From the IMG/VR virus record IMGVR_UViG_3300020336_000022, positions 1 through 36,738 of that record: a stretch of DNA of 36,738 bases; one strand, written 5' to 3'. Below the pieces are notes generated by a model, which was not told the origin of the DNA, made no database searches, and saw only the letters and a program-made list of their open reading frames with translations. The translations under genes were made by a program, and so were the position numbers. This DNA comes from a virus. Taxonomy: Duplodnaviria > Caudoviricetes. Position 1 is the stretch's first letter, and every line of letters starts with the position of its first letter. This document shows, piece by piece, positions 9,378 to 18,700 of this stretch.

Positions 9378-9909
9378 TGGCGGTGGAAATACACAAACAC
9401 AGGTATCGGGGATACCAGAAGAATTTAAACCTCAAGTAAAAGAAGGTTTGGATATTAACTTAGCAAGACTTAGGGATACACAAAGAGACCCTAGTCAATT
9501 AGTCGCAGGTCTTAATGAGCCACAACAACGTGCTCTTGCTTACCAACAACAACTAGGTGAACAAGCTGTTCGTGGTACTGGTATATATGATACTCGTGGC
9601 GCAGAAGAACGTGCTCTTAAAAACCTTATGGGTTCCTCTCTTGGAATGGCCTCAGGCGCTGGATCATTAGGATCTGCACGTAGTCAAGCAGCAATGCAAG
9701 GTGCGTTAGCGGATCGTGCTGGTCAATACCAATCAGACCGTCAAGCAATGGCTGGTATGGGTGTTGATCAAATCGGTCAAGCTGGTACTACATTCCAACA
9801 ACAGGCACAAAAAGAAGCTGAAGCTAAAGATACATCTCTTTCTAACTTCTTTGCTAATCTTGCAGGTGCTGGTTCAGAAACTAAAACTACTAGTAGTGGA
9901 GGTAAGTAA
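9370..9909 (+). CDS. Ejection (internal virion / pilot) protein
   Basis: ATG 9370 after AGGAGAG; MGSGGGNTQTQ...IPEEFKP start; Gln/Ala/Gly-rich; no Cys. Confidence 0.7.
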   Translation: MGSGGGNTQTQVSGIPEEFKPQVKEGLDINLARLRDTQRDPSQLVAGLNEPQQRALAYQQQLGEQAVRGTGIYDTRGAEERALKNLMGSSLGMASGAGSLGSARSQAAMQGALADRAGQYQSDRQAMAGMGVDQIGQAGTTFQQQAQKEAEAKDTSLSNFFANLAGAGSETKTTSSGGK

Positions 9910-10664
9910 TGGCTGTTCAAGTTGCTCAAAGTATGAACAAAGCTAGAAGGGATCCTTTAAGATATCAAGCAGGTCCAATGTCTGGCAGACCACAAGACCC
10001 TACATTAGAACAACAAGCTGCTGCTATAGCAAAAAAGAAAGCTATGGCAAAAGGTGAAGAGTTTGCAATGCCCATGCTTGAAGACACTTGGACTAAAATT
10101 AAAACTGCATTCTCTCCCACATCTACAGCAACATCTGCTGCTCCAATTGCAGAAGGTGCAACAATGGCTGAGGTAGCTGCAGGTGCAGGTGGTAACGCTA
10201 TTGGTACTGTTGGTACTGGATTAACTGAAGCTGCTGCTGCTAATGCTGCTACAGGAGCTACTGGCTCAGGTATGATGGCTGGTCTTAGTGCTTTTGCACC
10301 GTATTTAATTGGTGGTTACTTTGGTGGTAAGGCTCTTGGTTTGTTTAATAAAGGTGGGTTTGTAAAAGGACCATTACATGCTGCTGGAGGATCAAGAGTT
10401 TTTAGAAGGGGATCACACTCATCTGGTTCTGGTTCTTCTTCTCCGAGTTATGCTAAAAAAGACTTAGTAGTGCCAGAGGAATTTAGAAAAAACAACATAC
10501 TTGAAGGTCTAATAAAATCAATGGAAGCTTTTGAAAAAAATCAAGATGTATCTTATAGACAATTTGGTGGTCCGTTATCTAAGGTTCGCTATAAGCAATC
10601 AGGTGGGCCTGTCAATGAAGAGATTGAAGTATCCTACGGTGGACCTTTATCTAAAGGAGTTTAA
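9909..10664 (+). CDS. Ejection protein with Ala/Gly-rich membrane-like segment and repeated xxGG/GPLS motifs
   Basis: TAATG coupling; no Cys; FNKGG, HAAGG, YRQFGGPLS, YKQSGGP, SYGGPLS. Confidence 0.6.
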   Translation: MAVQVAQSMNKARRDPLRYQAGPMSGRPQDPTLEQQAAAIAKKKAMAKGEEFAMPMLEDTWTKIKTAFSPTSTATSAAPIAEGATMAEVAAGAGGNAIGTVGTGLTEAAAANAATGATGSGMMAGLSAFAPYLIGGYFGGKALGLFNKGGFVKGPLHAAGGSRVFRRGSHSSGSGSSSPSYAKKDLVVPEEFRKNNILEGLIKSMEAFEKNQDVSYRQFGGPLSKVRYKQSGGPVNEEIEVSYGGPLSKGV

Positions 10665-10666
10665 CT

Positions 10667-12505
10667 ATGGCAATACCATATCAGCCAAATTATAAGTTAC
10701 AACCTAAAACAGGATTTAGATATTCTGCACAACCTTTTGTACCAGCACAACAGCCAATTAACGCTCCACCTCCTCTTGGATTAGATGGAAGTGCTGCTGC
10801 TCCTCCACCTGTTATGGGTGGTCAACAAGGTCCAGCTTATGCTAACGATCCTTTTGGTGATGGTAATAATTTTCAACCAAACAATCAAGCACGTATTAAT
10901 CAAGCACAGTCTTATGGTTACACAAAAGGTGTTCAAAACCCTGCAGGTATTGTAAGGGGTATTCCTCTTGTTGGTAATTTTATGGCTGACTCTTTAAGCA
11001 TGGGTCAAGATTCTAAATATACATATGGTAATCCAGGAACTTATGATAACGCTGGTAATGTGTTTTCTGATGACGGAAGGGCATATGATCCAATTACAGG
11101 AAAACCCGCACAATCTTATTCTAGGATGACAGGAGAAAACTCTTGGTTAGGTAATGCTTATGGTATAGGAACTGAGGAAGGGATTGGTGGTCCAAGTAGT
11201 AGTTATGGTAAATTAAGGGGTGCTGGAGAAAATGTTATTAGTTCTGCATTAGGTAGTTATGATAACTCTGTTTATAAACAAATGGATATGAATCCAGGAT
11301 TAACATTACAAGGTGCAAGGCAGTCTCGTAGAATGGGGGCAAACTCTCCTATTCAAAACTTTGCTAATACTCTTACAGAAAACACTCTTAATGCTAGAAA
11401 TGATGAGTTTGGTAATATACCAGATGGTCCTGTATGGGGCACAAGACCTGGAGATTATGTTCAATCAGATCAAGGGCCGTTAATGGTTAGTGATGGTGGT
11501 CAACTTAAAGGACCAAACGGTACAACAGTTATGATTGACGGTGTTAGTTTTGTTAATGCTAATGTTACTAAACCAGAAACACTTACTAGAGAGCAGCGGG
11601 TAACCTTAGCAGAACGTACTAACCCTAACCCTAATACAATAGCTGGATGGCATAGTGGAAATCAAAGAGGTACTTGTTTTCCTGAGGGAACTCAAATCTC
11701 TATGGCTAATGACACAACAAAGAATATCGAAGATATCCAAGTTGGTGATAAAGTGTTGGCCTTTGGTGAAGACAGTAAGATTGTTGAAGATGAAGTCACT
11801 AAGGTACACGAACATACCCTTAATGAGTGTTGTTCAGATTCTCTTGTTAAAGTCACACTGTCAAATGATAAAGAGTTTACGGTAACATCTAATCACCCAT
11901 TCTATATGCCTGAGCATAATGGATTTAAATGGATTGGTCTGTTTGAAAAAGGTGAGCTAGTAATGACTAAAGATGGGATGATGTATCCTGTATCTTCTAT
12001 TGAAACCTTAGACACTAATGGACAAACAGTGTATAACTTTGAAGTTAAAGACACACATACTTATATTGCTGAAGATCTTAGAGTCCACAACGGTAGTGGT
12101 GACGATAGTGCTGGTAACGATAATGTAGATAGAAGTAATCCAAATGCAATGGCATCTAGAGAAAAATCATTTGCTGAATCTAAAGGATATGGTTCTACAG
12201 GGAGACCTGATGATACTGGTAAATCTATGGATCAATTTGCAAGAGACGCTAGTGCAGGAATGTTTAGCTCTGAGCAACGTGCTGAAGCTGATGCACTAAG
12301 TCAACAAATGGGATCTGGTAGAACTGATGCGGAAATAAGCGCGGGTGCTGGTGATTATGTAAGTTCAGACCCATCTCCATTTTCTAAAGGTGGTGCAGAT
12401 ACACCTGTTACTGATTTAACAGTTGGAGACATGCTAGGTGAAGGTGTAAACACAACCATGTCAGGTCCTTTAAGTGTAACAAATTTCAACAATACAGTAA
12501 AATAA
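10667..12505 (+). CDS. Putative ejection protein containing a Hint (intein-like) domain
   Basis: Low-complexity Gly/Pro/Asn flanks around CFPEGT...IEDIQVGDKV...TSNHPF...VYNFEVKDTHTYIAEDLRVHN. Confidence 0.8.
   Translation: MAIPYQPNYKLQPKTGFRYSAQPFVPAQQPINAPPPLGLDGSAAAPPPVMGGQQGPAYANDPFGDGNNFQPNNQARINQAQSYGYTKGVQNPAGIVRGIPLVGNFMADSLSMGQDSKYTYGNPGTYDNAGNVFSDDGRAYDPITGKPAQSYSRMTGENSWLGNAYGIGTEEGIGGPSSSYGKLRGAGENVISSALGSYDNSVYKQMDMNPGLTLQGARQSRRMGANSPIQNFANTLTENTLNARNDEFGNIPDGPVWGTRPGDYVQSDQGPLMVSDGGQLKGPNGTTVMIDGVSFVNANVTKPETLTREQRVTLAERTNPNPNTIAGWHSGNQRGTCFPEGTQISMANDTTKNIEDIQVGDKVLAFGEDSKIVEDEVTKVHEHTLNECCSDSLVKVTLSNDKEFTVTSNHPFYMPEHNGFKWIGLFEKGELVMTKDGMMYPVSSIETLDTNGQTVYNFEVKDTHTYIAEDLRVHNGSGDDSAGNDNVDRSNPNAMASREKSFAESKGYGSTGRPDDTGKSMDQFARDASAGMFSSEQRAEADALSQQMGSGRTDAEISAGAGDYVSSDPSPFSKGGADTPVTDLTVGDMLGEGVNTTMSGPLSVTNFNNTVK
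11675..12091 (+). other. Hint domain (139 aa; Cys1 ... His-Asn; next residue Gly)
   Basis: Block A CFPEGT, block B TSNHPF, block F/G VYNFEV...VHN; no homing endonuclease. Confidence 0.9.
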
Positions 12506-12516
12506 GGAGGTAAGTA

Positions 12517-15500
12517 ATGAAGCTTAAAAGTTATACTAATAAAGATCGTTACGGCAACATGACCTCCTTTGAGTTTTATGAAGATTCAAATGTACCTATG
12601 ATGGAAGGTATTCCTGATCATCCAGGGAACCCTAAGGGAACTGACACAGTACCCGCATGGCTAACCCCTGGTGAGTTTGTAATGAACGCTGAAGCTACTC
12701 GTATGTTTGAACCACAGATAGAGCAAATGAACAACGCTGGTCGTGCTATGCAAACACAACAAGGGGGTACAATCCCTGAGTACGCTGCACATGGTGGACC
12801 TGTGTATATGAACCAAGGCGGTAGTTGGTTAGACAGCTTGTTAGGTATGTTTGCTAATAAAGTTTTACCAGAAATGCCAGATGCAACCCAAGGTGCAATA
12901 CCACCATCAGACACTAGTCGTGATGAACGTGTTGCTGCTTTGATTGAAGCTGCAAAAACCGATGGTCCAACTAGACCAGATCCAACTATGTCTAATAAGA
13001 TGTATATGGATTTTCTTAAAGACAAAGAAGGGTTTCGTAATGAAGCTTATCTTGACTCTGCAGGTGTCCCAACAATTGGTTATGGGTTTACTGAAGGTGT
13101 TCAGATGGGTGACACAATGGATGAGAAGACTGCTAATGAAAGACTTCTTAAAGAAATGGCAAAGACTGATCAAGATTATAATAAATTAGTTACTGCTGAC
13201 CTTAATCCTAACCAACAGGCTGCTGTTAAATCACTACTGTATAACATTGGTGGTCCACAGTTTGCTAATAGTAAAGCTCGTGCGGCTCTTAATGCGGGTG
13301 ACTTTGAGTCCTTTAAGAAAGAAGCTGCAGAGTTTCGTATGGCTGATGGTAAGGTAATCCCAGGATTAGAAAACCGTAGGCGTGATGAGCTAGAGTTGTT
13401 CTTTAAACCTTATAAAGCTGATAGACCATCTGTAGAAGATTCACCTAGTGCGATGATACCTGCAGAAGACATACTTGCTCGTCAACAAGAAGTTCGTAGG
13501 TTACAAAAAGATGGAACATATGAAGCCACATCTGATGTTGGTGACCCATTCCCACCTGAACCACCTGCTACTGATCCTGATGCAGAAATGATTGCTGCTC
13601 AAGCAGCTACTGCAAGAGATGGAACATATAATAGTGGTGACAATGACATGGGAGGGTTGGGTAGTGATACCCCTGAGAATGCTGCAAGAGCTAGGTTGTT
13701 GAGAGAACAACAGCGGATGCAACAGGGTCAAGTCCCTCCAATGACAACCCCTCCTCCAATGGATCTAGAAGGTGGTGTAGCAGACGGTGTACCTCCAGTC
13801 GATGATCGTGGTGCTCTTCAAAAGTTTGGAGAGTCTGGTGGACTTATGGGTTTTCTTGATAGAAATATTGTTCAACCATACGAGGAAGGCCAAGAGCGTA
13901 AAAGAATCTTAAGCGATCAAGACCGTATGCAGCAAGGGCAAGTTCCTGATTTTAAAGAACCCCCTAAAGTATCTACGTCTTTTGATAAAGATAATTTACC
14001 AGACAATCTTGTTCTTAATCCAGAAACAGGAAAGGTAGAGTTTAAAGATCCATCACAAGCTCCTGCACTTGGTTTACAAAATGCTATAGATGGCCCGATG
14101 GGAGCACAAGCAAAAGCTTTTCAATTAAGAACAGCAAAAGAAGATATGCAAAAAGCTATTGATAATGGTTATGGCCCAGGTGATGCTATTTTTGATAATT
14201 CTTATGCTCGTGTTCAAGAACTTGAAGGTGCAGATGAAAAACTTGCTAGTCTTCAAGATAAAAAGAAACTTATCTTTACAGATGGTGAACTAAAAGTTAC
14301 AGATGCAGAGATTGAAAAGAAAACAATTCAAGCAGAAAAATTAGTTGACCTTGGTTTATCTGATGCAGCTAAAAAAGTTGAGCAAGAGGTTAAAGATCTT
14401 AAAGATAAAAAAGGAAGACTAGAAACACAAAGCAAAGAACTTACAGTACCTCCTACAGATGCTCCTCCTAAATCTGACCCATCTCCGTTTGCTAAGGGTG
14501 GTGAAGATACACCTATAACTGATTTAACAAAAACAGTTACACCTAAAGATATTGCTGATAATAAACAGTTTCCTGATGATGGTTCTGTTTCTAAAAACAC
14601 AACACCGGAAGCTGCAACAAAAGCAGGTGAAGGAGCACCACCAGAACAGATAAACAAAGCTGAGTCTTTCTTATCAGGTATCTTTGGTGATCTCTTTGAC
14701 AAGGGTGAGCTTAAACGTATGGCTATTATGTATGTTGGTGGTCGTATGTTAGGTGGTTCTCATAGTGGATCTCTTAACTTTGCCGCTAAACAATATGTTA
14801 AGCGTGTTGATGCTAAAGTTAGCGCACATGATAAGTATGTTAAGCAGTTAACAAAAGATGGTCTTTATAAACCGTCATCTATTGCTAAGTATAAAAGAAC
14901 TAAAAACTTAGCAGATCTTGAAAAGAAAGATGCTACGTATTCAGCAACTGGCGGTACTTCTATAACTAAATTAATACCTGTAAAAGGTGGTGGTTTTAAA
15001 GAAACAACCGTTGTCCCTGTAAAAAATAGTATTACAAATGAAATTTCTTATAGGGCAGTCGATGGTACTATTCTTCCTGCAGAGGTTATTGCTAATGCAA
15101 GGGATGCTAGACCAGAACTTAAAGATGGAACTGACGAGTACTATGCAAGGCGTGACCGTGTTTATAATCAAATGGAAAAAAGCTTTGCAGAAACACGTGA
15201 TAACGATGGTAACTTTGAGTTAGACGGTAAAACTAAAAAGTACTATACTAATGTTGGACCACGTAAAGCAGCTAGGGAGTTCTTTGCATGGGCTGAAAGT
15301 GTAGGTCAAGATCCTGAAAGTACTCAATCTATGGATATTTTAACAATGGCTCAAGAGCAAATGATTGAAGAGGCTAAAGGTAAAAAGTTTAGACCTGGAA
15401 GTCTTACTCCATATCTAGAGTATCAAATGATTAGAGAAGAAACTACTGCTCCAGAACTTTTCTTACTTAATCCAAAAGAGATGGCAAAAGGAAAGCCACC

Positions 15501-15747
15501 TAAGATGATACGCATGGATCAAATGCAGTCTCTATATCAAAACATAGACCATCTTATCTATAGTCGAGGAAACAAGACTACAAGAAATGCGATGTTTGCT
15601 AAGGGTGTTCAAAACTGGCAATCCCTATCTCAAAGTGAAAGAGATGATTATGATAAAGGTGCTGAAAAAGATGTTGGCATAAATGGATTTTATAATTTTA
15701 TGCAAGACACTATGGCAGCTGTAAAAGCAAAAGAACCTAAAACATAA
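12517..15747 (+). CDS. Ejection protein with virion-associated GH24 lysozyme domain (~13000-13404)
   Basis: EGFRNEAYLDSAGVPTIGYG...LNPNQQAAVKSLLYNIG...GLENRRRDE; N-terminal GTDTVPAWLTPGEFV motif; no Cys; RBS AAGGAGG. Confidence 0.85.
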   Translation: MKLKSYTNKDRYGNMTSFEFYEDSNVPMMEGIPDHPGNPKGTDTVPAWLTPGEFVMNAEATRMFEPQIEQMNNAGRAMQTQQGGTIPEYAAHGGPVYMNQGGSWLDSLLGMFANKVLPEMPDATQGAIPPSDTSRDERVAALIEAAKTDGPTRPDPTMSNKMYMDFLKDKEGFRNEAYLDSAGVPTIGYGFTEGVQMGDTMDEKTANERLLKEMAKTDQDYNKLVTADLNPNQQAAVKSLLYNIGGPQFANSKARAALNAGDFESFKKEAAEFRMADGKVIPGLENRRRDELELFFKPYKADRPSVEDSPSAMIPAEDILARQQEVRRLQKDGTYEATSDVGDPFPPEPPATDPDAEMIAAQAATARDGTYNSGDNDMGGLGSDTPENAARARLLREQQRMQQGQVPPMTTPPPMDLEGGVADGVPPVDDRGALQKFGESGGLMGFLDRNIVQPYEEGQERKRILSDQDRMQQGQVPDFKEPPKVSTSFDKDNLPDNLVLNPETGKVEFKDPSQAPALGLQNAIDGPMGAQAKAFQLRTAKEDMQKAIDNGYGPGDAIFDNSYARVQELEGADEKLASLQDKKKLIFTDGELKVTDAEIEKKTIQAEKLVDLGLSDAAKKVEQEVKDLKDKKGRLETQSKELTVPPTDAPPKSDPSPFAKGGEDTPITDLTKTVTPKDIADNKQFPDDGSVSKNTTPEAATKAGEGAPPEQINKAESFLSGIFGDLFDKGELKRMAIMYVGGRMLGGSHSGSLNFAAKQYVKRVDAKVSAHDKYVKQLTKDGLYKPSSIAKYKRTKNLADLEKKDATYSATGGTSITKLIPVKGGGFKETTVVPVKNSITNEISYRAVDGTILPAEVIANARDARPELKDGTDEYYARRDRVYNQMEKSFAETRDNDGNFELDGKTKKYYTNVGPRKAAREFFAWAESVGQDPESTQSMDILTMAQEQMIEEAKGKKFRPGSLTPYLEYQMIREETTAPELFLLNPKEMAKGKPPKMIRMDQMQSLYQNIDHLIYSRGNKTTRNAMFAKGVQNWQSLSQSERDDYDKGAEKDVGINGFYNFMQDTMAAVKAKEPKT

Positions 15748-15758
15748 GGAGTATTATT

Positions 15759-18700
15759 ATGCTTGATGTATCGGATTATGAAAACCTATTAAGTGGTGAT
15801 TCAAATCAACTAGTAGGGGCAAAGAACAAGACCACGTTCTTGGATGCAGATACTATCCGTGAAGAAGGCAATGATCTAGATGTACGTTTCGGGGGTATAG
15901 ATGCTCCTGAAACGTATAAAACATGGCAAGGTTTAAGTGCTTCACAAGATGTTGGGGCAGTTCAAACTGCTGAACAGGTTCAAGCTTTAGCTAATCAACT
16001 TGGTTATACTGAAGTGCGTAGACGGTTTAATCCAGATGGTACTCCAGAAATGGATGCCACTAAGACTCGTCAAATGGGTGACCTTGTTCATCCAGAAACT
16101 GGTAAATCTTTTTCTCGTGAGCTTGCTATCAATGGTGTTGTAGATATTGCTGAGGGTTACGATCCAGGTAATATGTTATTAACATCTAAAAGGTTTAGTA
16201 ACTTTTTAAAAGGCCCTAGAGCAGATCAGACTGACCCTGATTATCAACCAAATGAGTTTGACAAAGCTCGTATGATGATACAAGAAGGTGTCAATGAAGA
16301 GCGTAGGTTTGCTCAACAATTTAAAAGAGCACAGAAGTTTTCTGGTGAGATTGGTATGCTTGATGAGCAGATCAAAATGGTTGAAGATGGACTATCTGAA
16401 ATGCGGGAAAGTGGAGAAGAGCCTACAGATCAAGACCTTGTAGGTCTCCAAATGCTTAAGAAACAAAGGGCAGCTATTAACGAAGCTGCTACACCTGAAC
16501 TTGATTACTATGATCGTGATGATGTAACTGGTCGTGCAAATAACCCTATGACTGTTGCTTGGGAAACTGGGTGGAACAGTGTGGCTCAATCCGCTTATGC
16601 TCTTGCAGATATGCTTGGAGAAAAAATAGATTGGGAAGCTGCAGAAAACTTTGGTGAAGCAGGTATGCGTAGGGCACAAGCCCGAATGGGTGACAATGGA
16701 AAGATTATTACAGACTACAAAGATGTAGATGGATTCCTGACAGCTGTTGAGTTCTTAGGTACTAATGCTGCAATGTCTTTACCATATATGGCTGCGTCTG
16801 GTGGTGCTGCTTTACTTTCAGGTGTTACTGGAGGGGCAAGTATTCTTTTACCAGTGTCTATGTATACTGGAAACACATGGGCAGAGATGGAAGGTGATAA
16901 TAAGAGTGCTACTGTTGCAATTGCAGCAGGTACAATTCAAGCTGTTTTAGATAGGGTTGGTATTCAATTAATATTTAGACAAGGTATTACTCCTAAAGCT
17001 ATGTATAAGGATGCTTTAACTGCATTGACATCTAAAGGTATGGGTAAAGAGGCTGCTGAAAAACTCCTTCTTACAGCAACACGTAAAGAACTAGCAGAGT
17101 TTGCTGGTGATGCAGCTAAAGTAGCTCGTCAACAAATTACAGGTAAGGCTATCTTTAAAGACCTTGCAACACGTGGGTTAATTGGTGGCACTGGTGAAGG
17201 TGTAACTGAAGCCATGCAAGAAGCTACTGCTTACCTTGGAGCAACCCTTGGTTCTGATAAGGTCTTTGATTATAATGAACTTACTGATCGAATGATTGCT
17301 GCTTCAATAGCTGGTACTTCTTTAGGTACAGCCTTCTCAGTTCCTGGAGCCGCAGTTAATGCTGGTGCTTGGGCTGATGTGGCAGTACGTCAGTTACCTG
17401 CAGAAGCCAAACGACTTTCTGAAGAAGGAGCACAGGCTGAAGCAGAGCGTACTCGGAATGGTCAAATAGCTTATAATGAAGCTAAAGCTGCTGAAGAATA
17501 TAGAAGAGCTAAAGATGAAGGGTATGATCCTAATAACCCCGATATGTTTACAGCACAAGAAATAGAAGCTATTGCAGAGCAAGCTCGTATAGATGGTAGT
17601 CGTGTTAAAACTATTGAAGAAAATCTACAAGATCTTGAAAAAGAAATAGCTGAACGTAAAGAAGCTGATCCTAATTATAAACCTGCAGAGTTAAATGATC
17701 GAACAGAAGCTCATAGAAAAGCAAAGTCTGAAAGAACTCTTGGGGAAACCATTGGTGAAATGTTTGCCTCGGCTCCTGCACTTTGGAGAAGGTCTATTGA
17801 TTATATTATTCCTGCTGAAGTAAAAAGAATATCTGCTTCTGCTAGAATACTAGCCGCTCAGTTTGGTGGTGGTCTTCAAAAGATATTTAGTAGTGCTGAT
17901 TTTGAAATGGCTAAACGTAATCGTGTTTCTGTATATAGAAATATGTTACAGAACCCTGCTGATTTTTGGAATGTTATGGGGAATGGTAGAGTTTTAAGTC
18001 AAAAAGAAATAGATACTTTAAGTGATGATCTTTACCGTAGACTTGAGCCTGTTATAAATGGTACAGGACCTGTGGATATCTCAGGTCTTAATCAAGCACA
18101 ACAGGCAGCTGTTACTGCTTTATCTCTTCAAATGGATACAGTTTCTGAGGCTATGTATGATGATCAAATAAAAGCAGGTGGTGAACTTAACCAACGTAAA
18201 CATTATCTTCATAGATTTAAAACACTAAACAAAGTTGCTGTTCAAAAGAACCGTAATGAGTTTGAAGCTTTATTAGTAAAGACATATCCGCAGATTAGTC
18301 CAGGAGATGCTAAGATTTTAGTAGATGAGATACTTAACTCTGATACTATTACTGACATTGATGAGGCTGGTGCTGTTGCAGGTATTGAGTTTTTAAAAGG
18401 ATTTGATGTCACTAAAGGTGGTATTGTTCCTGGATCCCATAGAAAAAATACACTTGGTATGTCTGAAAAGAAAGGCGATGATGGTGAACTTGTGTTCAAA
18501 GATTTTATGGAACGGGATATCTATAAAAACATACAGCACTCTATTAAGTCTGCTGCTAGGTTTACAGCACACAGAGATTACATTGGTAAGAATGGTGAGA
18601 AGGTTGCGTTTCTTTTAGATAAGATGCAAGCAGAGGGTGTTCCCGCTGCAGAGGTCAATCGAATTGCTAAGCTTATGCAGGATTATCTTAACGCTGAGTC

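Noticed and set aside
11675-12091. Canonical mobile intein
   Set aside because: No homing endonuclease, +1 residue is Gly rather than Cys/Ser/Thr, and the host protein is not a conserved enzyme.
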